This document shows positions 26,907-37,023 of a DNA stretch of 64,000 nucleotides, piece after piece. How positions within the stretch are numbered: position 1 is the stretch's first letter; every line of letters begins with the position of its first letter. Under the pieces are notes generated by a model, which saw nothing but the letters and a program-made list of their open reading frames with translations, was not told where the DNA came from and did not search any database. This DNA comes from an uncultured bacterium (GTDB lineage: Bacteria > Patescibacteriota > Patescibacteriia > Magasanikbacterales > UBA922): NCBI GenBank assembly GCA_937861125.1, contig CALMAY010000038.1, positions 27,942 to 91,941 on the forward strand, in the 5' to 3' direction. Both the position numbers and the translations under genes were made by a program.

Positions 26907-27596
26907 ATGAATATTATTGAAGCAAAACAACTGACAAAAGTGTATCATACGGGGGTGCTCGATGTGCATGCGCTCAAGGATGTTTCTTTGTCTATTGCAG
27001 AGGGTGAATTTGTGGCAATCACTGGACGGTCTGGTTCTGGTAAAAGTACACTGCTGTATCAGCTTGGTTTACTCGATCATCCGAGCAGTGGATCTGTACA
27101 GATAGATGGGATTGAGACGATTGGACTCTCTAGTGATCAGCGGACGGTGATGCGTCTTTCTGTGCTTGGATATGTGTTTCAGGATTATGCACTGATTCCA
27201 TCATTGACAGCGTTGGAAAATATTTTGGTACCACTGCTCATGCAGGGTGATGTATATGGTGTCGCGGAGCAAAAAGCCAAAGATGCACTGCAACGAGTGC
27301 GATTACTCGATCGTGCAAACAATTTACCGAGTCAGATGTCTGGTGGACAGCAACAGCGTGTTTCGATTGCGCGTGCGATTGCACATAGTCCAAAGATTGT
27401 CTTTGCAGATGAGCCAACAGCCAATTTGGATTCTGAAACATCTCGAGCAATTTTGGATACATTTTTGGATCTTCATACGCAGGGACAGACGATTGTGATG
27501 GTGACACACGAGCCAGAGTTTGCGGCCCTTGCGCAGCGAGAAATTATTATGTCAGATGGTGTTATTACCAATGTGATTACCCACAAATCATCCTAA
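26907..27596 (+). CDS. ABC transporter ATP-binding protein (MacB/LolD family).
   Basis: Walker A GRSGSGKST, signature LSGGQQQRV, Walker B IVFADEPT. Confidence 0.92.
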   Translation: MNIIEAKQLTKVYHTGVLDVHALKDVSLSIAEGEFVAITGRSGSGKSTLLYQLGLLDHPSSGSVQIDGIETIGLSSDQRTVMRLSVLGYVFQDYALIPSLTALENILVPLLMQGDVYGVAEQKAKDALQRVRLLDRANNLPSQMSGGQQQRVSIARAIAHSPKIVFADEPTANLDSETSRAILDTFLDLHTQGQTIVMVTHEPEFAALAQREIIMSDGVITNVITHKSS

Positions 27597-27604
27597 GTAC
27601 TACT

Positions 27605-28462
27605 ATGCCTATCATTGGTGCTCATGTCTCCGCAGCTGGCGGACTTCATAACTGTTTCAAAAACGCTTCAGATATCGGTGCTCAAGCGTTGCAGATTTTT
27701 GTTTCTTCACCGCGTGCATTTCAGGTCAAGGTGCCAACAGAAGAGATTGTCTCACAATTCAAACAAGCACAAAAAGAGACAAAGCTTGGTCCCGTCTTTG
27801 CACATGCAGCGTATTTGGTTAATCTCGCATCAGCGGATAAAAAAACACAAAACGCTGGGATACAAAGTTTGGTGGCACATCTCTCAATTTGCGAAACACT
27901 TGGGATTGTTGGGCTTGTTTTTCATCTGGGGTCCATTGCTAAAGGTGGAACAAAAGAAGAGGGAATTGCACGTACCGCAGAAGCAATGAACAAGGTACTT
28001 CAAAAAGTACCAGGGAAAAGTTTTTTGATTATGGAAAATTCCTCTGGTGGGGGAGGTAAGCTCGGGAATACACCAGAAGAAATCGGTGAGATGTTTCGTC
28101 TCGCCAACAATTCGCGTATTAAAGTGTGTCTGGATACTGCACATGCGTTTGCGGCGAACGAACTCGGTGAGAGTGTGACGGACAAAACAGTGGATTCGTT
28201 TGTCTCTCGTTGTGACACATCATTTGGGTGGGAGAATGTCGTCTGTATTCACTTCAATGATTCCAAAGTCGCTGCCGGAACATTTACTGATCGTCATGAA
28301 AACATTGGCGAGGGGTTGATTGGGACCAAAGGGTTAAAAGCAATTGCGTTGCATCCAAAAATGAAGAATCTTCCGCTTGTGATGGAGGTGCCTGGATTTG
28401 GAGACGATGGGTCAGATATGGAAAATATACAACGATTGAAAAACATATGTGGAATCAAATAA
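27605..28462 (+). CDS. nfo: Endonuclease IV (AP endonuclease family 2).
   Basis: IGAHVSAAGG N-terminus and TIM-barrel metal-ligand pattern (HxxY, E..G, H.ND). Confidence 0.9.
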   Translation: MPIIGAHVSAAGGLHNCFKNASDIGAQALQIFVSSPRAFQVKVPTEEIVSQFKQAQKETKLGPVFAHAAYLVNLASADKKTQNAGIQSLVAHLSICETLGIVGLVFHLGSIAKGGTKEEGIARTAEAMNKVLQKVPGKSFLIMENSSGGGGKLGNTPEEIGEMFRLANNSRIKVCLDTAHAFAANELGESVTDKTVDSFVSRCDTSFGWENVVCIHFNDSKVAAGTFTDRHENIGEGLIGTKGLKAIALHPKMKNLPLVMEVPGFGDDGSDMENIQRLKNICGIK

Positions 28463-28890
28463 TACGTACAGTACAAATTTGTTCGTTCATGGTAGGAGTA
28501 TATCTGATAGGGTTGTATTTTACATATATTTATCCTGCGTTTGAGTTGTTTGTTTGGATGAGTCCGCTTATGCATACGTTGGGTGGGCTTGCTACTGCAT
28601 TTACTCTTGATCAGTTCTATCGTCAATGTAGTGTTAGGTGGAAGGTGCGTATTGAACCGGTGGGCGTGTATATGGTGTACCTCATTGCAATGACGGTCTG
28701 TGTGGGGGTGGTGTGGGAGATACATGAGTATCTTCATGATGTGCTCTTTGCTAGTGTTTGGCAACCGGGTATAGGAGATACACTTCTTGATTTGGTGATG
28801 GATACGGTTGGGGCAGTCCTGTATGTACTCTTTTTCTTGACAATAGAGCCTAAAAAGATACAAAAAACAAAAGGGAGAGGTAGGGCTTGA
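28447..28890 (+). CDS. Hypothetical integral membrane protein.
   Basis: Four predicted transmembrane helices; no family motif recognised. Confidence 0.5.
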   Translation: MWNQIIRTVQICSFMVGVYLIGLYFTYIYPAFELFVWMSPLMHTLGGLATAFTLDQFYRQCSVRWKVRIEPVGVYMVYLIAMTVCVGVVWEIHEYLHDVLFASVWQPGIGDTLLDLVMDTVGAVLYVLFFLTIEPKKIQKTKGRGRA

Positions 28891-28915
28891 CAGATAGAGC
28901 TGTTTTTGCTATACT
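28887..28915 (+). promoter_or_regulatory. Sigma-70-type promoter for rpmG.
   Basis: TTGACA, 17-nt spacer, TATACT. Confidence 0.55.
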
Positions 28916-28969
28916 AAGGCACATATTGATTTGATTTTCTCTGTTTAGCTTTTTAATTTTTCCACGTGT

Positions 28970-29125
28970 ATGTCACAAGATAACATGATCAAAATGGAGT
29001 GTACGACTTGCAAAATGCCTCGTTATTTCTCCACAAAAAACAAGAAAAAACTCCGCAATCGTCTCGAGCTCAGTAAATACTGCAAAGTCTGCAAAGCGCA
29101 CGTCTTGCACAAAGAGACAAAGTAA
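28970..29125 (+). CDS. rpmG: 50S ribosomal protein L33 (51 aa; shorter than the ORF-track minimum, so absent from it).
   Basis: [51 protein letters not shown], with the L33 Cys4 pattern (CxxC...CxxC). Confidence 0.85.
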   Translation: MSQDNMIKMECTTCKMPRYFSTKNKKKLRNRLELSKYCKVCKAHVLHKETK

Positions 29126-29133
29126 GTTACAAT

Positions 29134-29156
29134 AAAATCCCCGAAAGGGGATTTTG
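29134..29156 (+). terminator. Hairpin after rpmG.
   Basis: AAAATCCCC-gaaa-GGGGATTTT. Confidence 0.7.
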
Positions 29157-29184
29157 AATATGGGCTCGTACTGAGCTCGTCGAA

Positions 29185-29258
29185 GGGCGCTTCGTATAAT
29201 GGTAGTACTACGGTCTCCAAAACCGTATGCGTAGGTTCGATTCCTACAGCGCCTGCCA
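29185..29258 (+). tRNA. tRNA-Trp (anticodon CCA).
   Basis: Acceptor GGGCGCT/AGCGCCT, anticodon arm ACGGT-CTCCAAA-ACCGT, T arm GTAGGTTCGATTCCTAC, 3' GCCA. Confidence 0.88.
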
Positions 29259-29263
29259 AAAAC

Positions 29264-29298
29264 AAAAAAGTAGCTTAGTTGCTACTTTTTTGTTTTTT
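29264..29298 (+). terminator. Rho-independent terminator after tRNA-Trp.
   Basis: AAAAAAGTAGC-ttagtt-GCTACTTTTTT. Confidence 0.8.
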
Positions 29299-29559
29299 TG
29301 TCTGAGTATTTGTTGTGGTAGTATAAGTTATTTTTATTCTGTGGTAGGAGGATGTGTACGGACATGATTTTTGGTATATTGGATATAAAATAAGATGAAT
29401 GTAAAACTCTGTATATTTGTATAGGGTTTTTGCTACATGCACAATAAAAAGATAGGATAAGTTATCCACAAAAACATATTGTAAAGTATAAAACTGTGTT
29501 ATACTTCTACAGATAAATAATTTTATTATCCATCTTTGTTTTTAAGATAGCAGTTTTTT

Positions 29560-32500
29560 ATGTACACACCATTTTCTTGGTTGACTGGAGTAAACCCGAG
29601 ACATATTTTGCGCAGTACACTTGTTGTCCTGTCTTTTTTTATTGTGACAGGCGCAGTGTTGTATGCATATCAGCAGGTATTTGCCTTTTCTGGATCAGGA
29701 TCTGGTACTGCGGAAGATCCGTATATTATCATGACCTGTGAACAGCTCGCAGAAGTTGATAATGATTTAGCAGCACACTATCGTTTGGGTGATTATATTG
29801 GGTGTGGTGCTGAAAATTTTCCACTTGCTCGTGTGATGGATGGATCTGATTTGGACGCTGGGTTTGGCGGGTTTACTGGTGTGTTTGATGGAGATGGGTA
29901 TACAATTAGTTATCAAAAAAATGTACCAGCAGAAATCGATGACCAAAATTACCTCGGGTTGTTTGGGTATCTTAATGGTGCAACAATTAGAGATCTACAT
30001 ATTGTAGCTGGGTGGGAACAGGGACCTGGAGGTACTGATGTGTTGTATGGGGGAAGTTTTGTGGGTTCTCTGGCTGGAAAAGCAGTCAATACGCTGATTA
30101 TTAATGTAAGCGCATCAAATAACATCCAGAGTGCAAATACTACTGGAGGGTTGGTCGGACAGATGAACAACTCTCGTATTGTTGGAGGCTCATTTGAAGG
30201 AAGTATTGATGCCACATCACAAAGTGGTGGGTTGGTTGGTGAGGTATCTGGAAATTATGAGGGTGATTTGCCTGCTATAGAACAGTCATACACATTTGGT
30301 TCTTTTACGGCTGGGTGGGGTGTTGGTAATGTTGGAGGATTAGTTGGGTATATGACGACAGCAGAGATACTCAATTCGTATTCACAGATGGATGTAAATG
30401 CATATAACAATGTTGGTGGTTTGGTCGGAAATGCGATTGGGTCTAGTATTGTAAATGCGTATGCGTCAGGGAGTGTAACTGGAAATAACACTGTCGGTGG
30501 TTTGGTTGGAAGAGTATTTTCAAGTGGTTCGAGTATAGAAAATGCATTTGCAGCTGGTATCATTACTGGGTCTAGTTATATTGGAGGTGTGGTTGGTGGT
30601 GTAGGGGATTTTGGAGGTGATAATCCATCTTTTCTTTCTACGACAAACACGTACTGGGATGCAACGATGACTGGTATGAGTGAATGTAGTGGTTTAGCAG
30701 AAGAAACATGGGCTGGGTGTACGATGATTACACCTGGAGATCCGACGACATATTGGAAATTGGGTGGTGTTGAGCCGATGTTAACTTGGAATACTACAGA
30801 CATTTGGAATCTTGATTCCATGTCTAACTATCCTTGGTTATTTGCTTATACTGAACCTACATTTGCTAGTGGTACTGGTGTTGAAGGTGATCCATATGTT
30901 ATTACAAATTGCACACAACTTCAGTTGATGAACACGGTGCTGGATGCACATTTTGTGTTGGGAAGTGATATCGATTGTTTGGAGACAGAAGGGTGGAATG
31001 AAAATACAGCTGAGTGGGTAGATGGGGTGGTGGATGGAGAGTTGATTCCTGATAGTTACAATGATATTCCTGGTGTATATGGGGCAGTATCAAACAATGG
31101 ATACTATGGTTTTGAGCCAATTGGGTCCGACGGAGATCCGTTTACTGGCGTGTTTGATGGAGATGGATATACGATTAATGATTTGTGGATATTTCGAAAA
31201 GAACAAGATAATGTTGGTTTATTTGGCTATACTGCTGGCGCAACAATTGAAGATTTTGATTTAGTTGCAGCAGACATTGTTGGCGAGTCAAATGTGGGTG
31301 GCGTTGTAGGTACCATGGAAGATACGTCGATTTCTGATGTGACTATATTCGATAGTCATGTGCGAGCATATTTGAGTTATTACGGCGGAGGAATTGCCGG
31401 TATTATGATGGAAAATACTGGAACAAGCACTATCTCATATGTGACTATGTCTGGTGGTGGGGTGCATGGAAGTGGAAATATTATTGGTGGTTTGATTGGT
31501 AAAATGTATGATGGTATTCTCACATATGCTAATTCTTCTGCATCGGTGGATGGTGGATTTAGTATCGGTGGTGCGATTGGAGAAATGTCTACTGGTTCAG
31601 TGTCGTATGTTGATATAACGGGGTCAGTTCATTCAGATCGTACTGAAGGTGAATTTATTGCAAAATCTGGTGAAAATACAGGTGGATTTGTTGGATATAT
31701 GTATGAAGGGACTATCACTAGTTCTACTGCGAGCGGTGATGTGGAGTGTGAGGGTGGAAAGTGTGGTGGATTTATCGGATATGCTGCGAGTGGAAACGCG
31801 CTCATTACAAACTCTTCTGCCTCAGGTGATGTGACTGTTGTTGATGGGTTTTCACCGTCATACATTGGCGGATTTGCTGGGTATGTGGAAAACAGTGGAT
31901 ATAATTGGGAGGATCCGTATGTATATGGCGTTGAATGGGTAAATCTGTCTGCTGCTGGTTCTGTCTTTGCAACCTCTTCTGATTCTGTAGGTGGTTTTGC
32001 TGGGCGTGTCTACGGATATGATCTTTCTTCTGTATCTTCGACAGGTGGTGTGGTAATAGGTGATAGTTATGTCGGTGGTTTTGTTGGTGAGATATTTAAC
32101 TCCTCTGTGTCGTCGAGCACTGCTTCTTCTACTGTTACAGGTATGGATAACTATATTGGTGGCTTTGCTGGTTATTCAGGTTGTCAGAGTCGGTTTACTC
32201 GGTCACAAGCTTTTGGAGATGTGTTTGGTGCTGCTGCGGTAGGTGGTTTTTCTGGCGCAGATGGATGTGAGGGGTATGGATCGACGTTTACAGAGGTGTA
32301 TACAACAGGTGATGTGGTTGCGTCTGTAGTTGCAGCTGGAGGTTTGATCGGAGAAGCATATTTAACTACAGTAGAGCGCTCGTATGCGTTGGGAAATGTT
32401 ACTGCGACAGGAGATAATGTGGGTGGATTGATTGGACAAATGATTGGGTATGATGGGTATGAACATTCGTCTGTGACAGATTCATACGCTCGAGGGAATG

Positions 32501-34527
32501 TTGAATCAACCTCAGGGGTTCAGGTCGGTGGTTTGGTTGGGTATATTGGTGCATATACTGATATGGTCAATGTGTATGCGACAGGTGTCGCATCTGGTAC
32601 GACTGCTGTTGGAGGTCTTTATGGCGGTGGAGACGTTTCCACTGCAGCATTTTGGGATATTGAGACATCTGGTCTTTCTGCGGGGTGTGGATATGGATGT
32701 GACGACACTGCTGTAGGGACAAGCACTGAGCGTATGAAGACACAATCGATGTATACAGATGCTGGCTGGGATTTTGAAACAGTGTGGACATTTGAGGGGG
32801 CAAACATAGTAAATGATGGGTACCCAATTTTACAATTTCAAACAGTAGGAGAAGATACTGAAACATTGACTCCTGAATTACTTTCACCGGAGGATGGTTC
32901 TTCTCACGATGTAGATGCAGAGATGGATATCACTTTTGTGCTTCCTGAGACACCGTTGTCAAATAGTATTACTATTGCATTCTTACCAGAAGTGGGTGAT
33001 CCAATAGTGCTACAGTTGCGTGATGCTGCGCCTGAGGTGGAAAACACCTTTACGATTATACCAAATCAGAATCTTTCTTTGGTTGAAGAGGTGCTTTCTG
33101 CTTCGACAAGCACTATTCCAACTGGTACATATACAATATTACTCGCATACCAAGATGTATTTGGAAACCCTGTTGCTACTGATAGTGTTTCAGAAGTGTT
33201 ATTATACGAATTTCCTGAGTTAGTTATGGGTGAGACAACTGGTATCGGACAGACACAGGCGACGTTGAATGCAAGTGTTGTCGATGGTTCTGTGGAATTG
33301 TTTAGTGAGTATGCATTGTATGGATTTATCGTGAGTGAAAATTCAGATCCAACAGTTGAAAATGCGGTTGCAATACCTGGTCCTGTCGTTATCGAAGAGT
33401 TGGGTTCATATGAATGGATTTTTGGGGATGACGATGGTGAGGTGCTTGAGTGTGGTACGACGTACTATGTGCGTGCACTCGGAGTGTTGATGTATGGTGA
33501 AACTCTCTTGACGAGTGAAAATGTAGATTCGTTTACAACACTTGATTGTGATGAAGAAGAAGGAGAAGAAGAGCCACGTCCTCGTTCTGGTGGTGGGTCT
33601 TCTGTCTCTATTTCTCGTCCTCGTCCAACAGACAACACGACAGCAACTACTGGGGCACTCGTTATCAATAATGGTGATGAGACTACAACAAGTAGAACTG
33701 TTTCTTTGAAAATTAATGCAACAAATGCAGTAGAGATGGCAATCAGTAATAGTCCGCTATTTAGCGATAGTACGTATATCCCATTTACTTCTTCTGCAAA
33801 GCATACACTTAGTGCTGGTGAGGGGCAAAAAACAGTGTATGTAAAGCTTCGTTCTGCTACCGGTGGTACTCTTCTGGTTTTAGATTCGATTCAGTTGTCT
33901 AATGTGGTGAATAAAAAACCATCTGACATTGTTCCTTTAGTACTAACCACCCCAATCCCACAAAACGGCCTCCAATGCACTACTAACCTTGTTCTCACTA
34001 CTCCAGTCAAACTCGGAGCCCCCAACAATCCAAACGACGTCAAACTCCTCGAGCAGTTCCTCAATACCTATGAAGGCACTAACCTCCCAGTCAATGGAAT
34101 ATATGAAACAGCAGACTTCAACGCAGTAGTGAAGTGGCAAGAGAAATATGCCTCTGACATCCTCACTCCATGGGGACTCACCAAAGGCTCAGGATATGTC
34201 TACACCACATCTTTGAAAAAAATCAAAGAGATCCACGAAAAGAACTGTGCAACAGCAGGAACGACACCAGTGCAACCAACCACACCAGTATCAGCAAGTT
34301 GTCTCAACACACAAACAACCCTGACACAAGGTATGACAGGAGCACTCGTTACCACCGCACAAACACTCCTCCAAAAACTCAACTACTTCACTGTCACACC
34401 AACCGGCTTCTTTGGCCCAGTCACCACCGCCTCAGTCAAAGCCTTCCAAAGTGCAAACGGCATTGACCCTGTCGGCTACATCGGACCAGCAACCAGAGCC
34501 AAGCTTAATGAGTTGGGGTGTCGGTAG
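29560..34527 (+). CDS. Giant (1655 aa) surface protein with GGLVG (GLUG-like) repeats. Layout: N-terminal membrane anchor, two PYxIxxCxQL + FTGVFDGDGYTI modules, long arrays of xGGLVG/IGGFAG repeats, an Ig-like domain, a Thr/Pro linker, and two C-terminal peptidoglycan-binding (PG_binding_1-like) domains.
   Basis: More than 30 recurrences of GG[LFI][VIA]G at roughly 20-residue spacing. C-terminal LLQKLNYF...GFFGPVTTASVKAFQSANGIDPVGYIGPATRAKL matches the PG-binding consensus, with a second copy just upstream. Confidence 0.85.
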   Translation: MYTPFSWLTGVNPRHILRSTLVVLSFFIVTGAVLYAYQQVFAFSGSGSGTAEDPYIIMTCEQLAEVDNDLAAHYRLGDYIGCGAENFPLARVMDGSDLDAGFGGFTGVFDGDGYTISYQKNVPAEIDDQNYLGLFGYLNGATIRDLHIVAGWEQGPGGTDVLYGGSFVGSLAGKAVNTLIINVSASNNIQSANTTGGLVGQMNNSRIVGGSFEGSIDATSQSGGLVGEVSGNYEGDLPAIEQSYTFGSFTAGWGVGNVGGLVGYMTTAEILNSYSQMDVNAYNNVGGLVGNAIGSSIVNAYASGSVTGNNTVGGLVGRVFSSGSSIENAFAAGIITGSSYIGGVVGGVGDFGGDNPSFLSTTNTYWDATMTGMSECSGLAEETWAGCTMITPGDPTTYWKLGGVEPMLTWNTTDIWNLDSMSNYPWLFAYTEPTFASGTGVEGDPYVITNCTQLQLMNTVLDAHFVLGSDIDCLETEGWNENTAEWVDGVVDGELIPDSYNDIPGVYGAVSNNGYYGFEPIGSDGDPFTGVFDGDGYTINDLWIFRKEQDNVGLFGYTAGATIEDFDLVAADIVGESNVGGVVGTMEDTSISDVTIFDSHVRAYLSYYGGGIAGIMMENTGTSTISYVTMSGGGVHGSGNIIGGLIGKMYDGILTYANSSASVDGGFSIGGAIGEMSTGSVSYVDITGSVHSDRTEGEFIAKSGENTGGFVGYMYEGTITSSTASGDVECEGGKCGGFIGYAASGNALITNSSASGDVTVVDGFSPSYIGGFAGYVENSGYNWEDPYVYGVEWVNLSAAGSVFATSSDSVGGFAGRVYGYDLSSVSSTGGVVIGDSYVGGFVGEIFNSSVSSSTASSTVTGMDNYIGGFAGYSGCQSRFTRSQAFGDVFGAAAVGGFSGADGCEGYGSTFTEVYTTGDVVASVVAAGGLIGEAYLTTVERSYALGNVTATGDNVGGLIGQMIGYDGYEHSSVTDSYARGNVESTSGVQVGGLVGYIGAYTDMVNVYATGVASGTTAVGGLYGGGDVSTAAFWDIETSGLSAGCGYGCDDTAVGTSTERMKTQSMYTDAGWDFETVWTFEGANIVNDGYPILQFQTVGEDTETLTPELLSPEDGSSHDVDAEMDITFVLPETPLSNSITIAFLPEVGDPIVLQLRDAAPEVENTFTIIPNQNLSLVEEVLSASTSTIPTGTYTILLAYQDVFGNPVATDSVSEVLLYEFPELVMGETTGIGQTQATLNASVVDGSVELFSEYALYGFIVSENSDPTVENAVAIPGPVVIEELGSYEWIFGDDDGEVLECGTTYYVRALGVLMYGETLLTSENVDSFTTLDCDEEEGEEEPRPRSGGGSSVSISRPRPTDNTTATTGALVINNGDETTTSRTVSLKINATNAVEMAISNSPLFSDSTYIPFTSSAKHTLSAGEGQKTVYVKLRSATGGTLLVLDSIQLSNVVNKKPSDIVPLVLTTPIPQNGLQCTTNLVLTTPVKLGAPNNPNDVKLLEQFLNTYEGTNLPVNGIYETADFNAVVKWQEKYASDILTPWGLTKGSGYVYTTSLKKIKEIHEKNCATAGTTPVQPTTPVSASCLNTQTTLTQGMTGALVTTAQTLLQKLNYFTVTPTGFFGPVTTASVKAFQSANGIDPVGYIGPATRAKLNELGCR

Positions 34528-34546
34528 AAATGTTTTTGATAAAATA

Positions 34547-34580
34547 CAAAAACAGCCTTGAAAAGCTGTTTTTGTTTTTA
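34547..34580. terminator. Bidirectional terminator between the giant gene and the ABC-F gene.
   Basis: AACAGC-cttgaaaa-GCTGTT with flanking A and T tracts. Confidence 0.75.
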
Positions 34581-36377
34581 TTATATACGTCCATATTTTG
34601 CTTCCAAATCACCGAGCTTTTCTTGCACTCCAAACCATTGTGACTCTTTTTCTTTGAGGAGGAGCTCTACTATCTGGAGTTGCTTTGTTTTTTCAATTGA
34701 GTACTTACCGGGATGTTTGAGAAACCATTTATGAATACTATGTTGTTCTTTTTCTAGGTCAGCAACTTCTTCTTCAATATCACGTAACAACTTTTTCTGT
34801 TCTTTAATCTCCTCCTTGAGTCGTGGGCGTTCATCATCTGATGCGAGAGCTGGAATTGTTTTTTCTGGAATAGCTGGTCGTCGATTGCGACCGATGATAT
34901 CACCGAGGTGATAGACATACTCCTCGTATGAGTGGTGATAGCGTTTTACAGATCCATCATTTACCTCAATGATACCTGTGGCTATTTTTTCTACAAAGGC
35001 ACGATTGTGACTGATGAGTAATATGGTACGATTGGTTTCGTGAAGTGCTTGGGCGAGCGACTCTACTGTTTCAAAATCAAGATGGTTGGTCGGTTCATCC
35101 AGTAGTAGAACCTGATCTTTTCCAAGCATTAACCCAGCGAGACACAGGCGTGCTCTCTCACCTCCACTAAGTACTGACAAGGGTTTTTCGATGTCTCCTG
35201 CACGGAACAAAAAATTTCCAGCAATTTCAAGTACATCTTGTGTGCTTCGATGAATACTTCCGGCTCGTTCGAGATATCCAAGGACTGTATCAAACGGATT
35301 GAGCTGATCAGTCATGTGCTGAGCATAGTAGCCAATAGAAACAGTTGGGTGCCATGTGGCGGTGCCAGAGAGTGGGAGGAGGTCTTTGGCGAGTGTACGT
35401 AGGAGTGTTGTTTTGCCTTGTCCGTTGTCTCCGACAATGGCGACATGTTCACCGCGGTGGATTTCAAACGTGATATCACTTGCCACAGGTGACTCTTTGG
35501 TATATCCCATACTGAGTTCTTCTGTTCGCAGTACAATTCCTTTTTTATTTTCACAATTTGGGACGTGTATACGGGTGGTGTGTAGTGGTGCTTCGATTTC
35601 AATTGTTTTGAGTTTTTCAAGATATTTCATCTTTGATTGTGCTTGTGTTGCTTTGCTTGCTTTGGCACGGAAACGGTCGATAAATTCTTGGACATGAGCA
35701 CGTTCTTTCTCAACTTTTTTATTATATTTTTTTTGCATTTCAAGTTGCGCTTTTTTGTATTCTAGATATGCATCAATTTGTCCGGGGTATGAATACGCTC
35801 TACCACGCTCAATATCAAGTGTCTCGGTACAGACATCACGCAAGAATGCGCGATCGTGTGAGATGAGGAGAAAGCTGCCAGTGTATTGTTTCAAAAAATC
35901 TCCTAAAAGCAAGATAGTAGAGAGGTCGAGAAAGTTTGTTGGCTCGTCGAGTAAGAGGACGTTGGGATCTTGGAGCAGCATGCCAACAAGTTTGATACGC
36001 ATACGATACCCCCCAGAGAGGTTTTTGAGTTGGGAGTTGAGATGTGTTTCGTTCAGTTCAAATTTATGTGCGAGTTTGGCCGCCTGCCATGATTCTTTTT
36101 TAGATGTGCGTATTAGATAGGAGAGGGCTGTTTCACTCAGATCCATGTCGTCGTGCTGTGCGATGTGTCCGAGTCGAGCACTGTTGTGAAGTTGTACTGT
36201 CCCGCTATCAGCTTCTTCTTGTCCGAGAATGATGCGAAAGAGGGTTGATTTTCCTGCACCATTTCTCCCGATTACACCGATTTTCTGACGTTCAGAGACG
36301 GTAAAGGTCGCTCCCATGAGGATAGGGCGTTCGCCATAGCTTTTTTGAATGTCATTGACGGCGAGAAGAAGTGCCAT
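34581..36377 (-). CDS. ABC-F family ATPase (two ABC domains; Uup/EttA/YheS-like).
   Basis: Two Walker A (GRNGAGKST, GDNGQGKTT), two signatures (LSGGYRMR, LSGGERAR), inter-domain linker, C-terminal coiled coil, no transmembrane domain. Start placed at MALLLAVNDIQ. Confidence 0.85.
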   Translation of the reverse strand: MALLLAVNDIQKSYGERPILMGATFTVSERQKIGVIGRNGAGKSTLFRIILGQEEADSGTVQLHNSARLGHIAQHDDMDLSETALSYLIRTSKKESWQAAKLAHKFELNETHLNSQLKNLSGGYRMRIKLVGMLLQDPNVLLLDEPTNFLDLSTILLLGDFLKQYTGSFLLISHDRAFLRDVCTETLDIERGRAYSYPGQIDAYLEYKKAQLEMQKKYNKKVEKERAHVQEFIDRFRAKASKATQAQSKMKYLEKLKTIEIEAPLHTTRIHVPNCENKKGIVLRTEELSMGYTKESPVASDITFEIHRGEHVAIVGDNGQGKTTLLRTLAKDLLPLSGTATWHPTVSIGYYAQHMTDQLNPFDTVLGYLERAGSIHRSTQDVLEIAGNFLFRAGDIEKPLSVLSGGERARLCLAGLMLGKDQVLLLDEPTNHLDFETVESLAQALHETNRTILLISHNRAFVEKIATGIIEVNDGSVKRYHHSYEEYVYHLGDIIGRNRRPAIPEKTIPALASDDERPRLKEEIKEQKKLLRDIEEEVADLEKEQHSIHKWFLKHPGKYSIEKTKQLQIVELLLKEKESQWFGVQEKLGDLEAKYGRI

Positions 36378-36503
36378 ATTTTTGCCTATATTAACAGAAA
36401 AAGAGTGTTTCGTAAAGATTACTATGTTATCCACAGGGGGGTACGAAGAGCTGGTTTTGTGTGGTATACTATATACATATTTATTTATCTATATTTTTTA
36501 TAT

Positions 36504-36941
36504 ATGAAACAGTTTGCATGTTTATTCTTGCTTGGCGGTGTATTGTTAGCTTCACCTGCACTTGCGGTTGATGAAACATCGTCCTCTACAACACCAGTAA
36601 CTGAAACAGCATCTGGTTTGGAATGTATTCAAGATGCAATTGAAACAAGAGATACTGCACTTATTGATGCATTGAGTTCATATCACGCTGCTGCAAAAAC
36701 AGCATTAGAGACACGTATCGCTGAATTAAAATCTGCGTGGGAGCAACCAAAAGGGACATATCGTAAAGCTGATATTAAAGATGTGTGGACTGAGTATCGA
36801 ATAGATCTTCGAAATGCACGAAAAGAGTTTAAATTAGATAAAAAAGTAGCGTGGGATGTATTTAAAAAGGCTAAAGCTGCATGTAAGGGTGTGCAGGTTT
36901 CGGATGATACTGGCAATTCAGCCGCAGATACAACATTATAA
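36504..36941 (+). CDS. Secreted hypothetical protein with signal peptide.
   Basis: MKQFACLFLLGGVLLASPALA signal peptide followed by a helical Lys/Glu-rich domain. Confidence 0.5.
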   Translation: MKQFACLFLLGGVLLASPALAVDETSSSTTPVTETASGLECIQDAIETRDTALIDALSSYHAAAKTALETRIAELKSAWEQPKGTYRKADIKDVWTEYRIDLRNARKEFKLDKKVAWDVFKKAKAACKGVQVSDDTGNSAADTTL

Positions 36942-37023
36942 TATTTGTACTAAAAGACATCCCTGTAATTCTGGGATGTCTTTTAATTTTATGGTATACT
37001 ATCTGTACTATTGTCCATGTATT

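Noticed and set aside
29023-29469. Minus-strand ORFs 29023..29265 and 29275..29469.
   Set aside because: They lie antisense to rpmG, tRNA-Trp and two terminators, all supported by strong independent features.
29560-34527. Short-period DNA repetitiveness in the giant gene as a possible CRISPR array or tandem-repeat locus.
   Set aside because: The periodicity is codon-level (GGTGGTTTGGTTGG encoding GGLVG) with variable spacing and a continuous ORF. There are no unit-length direct repeats with unique spacers. No CRISPR-like array was seen anywhere in the window.
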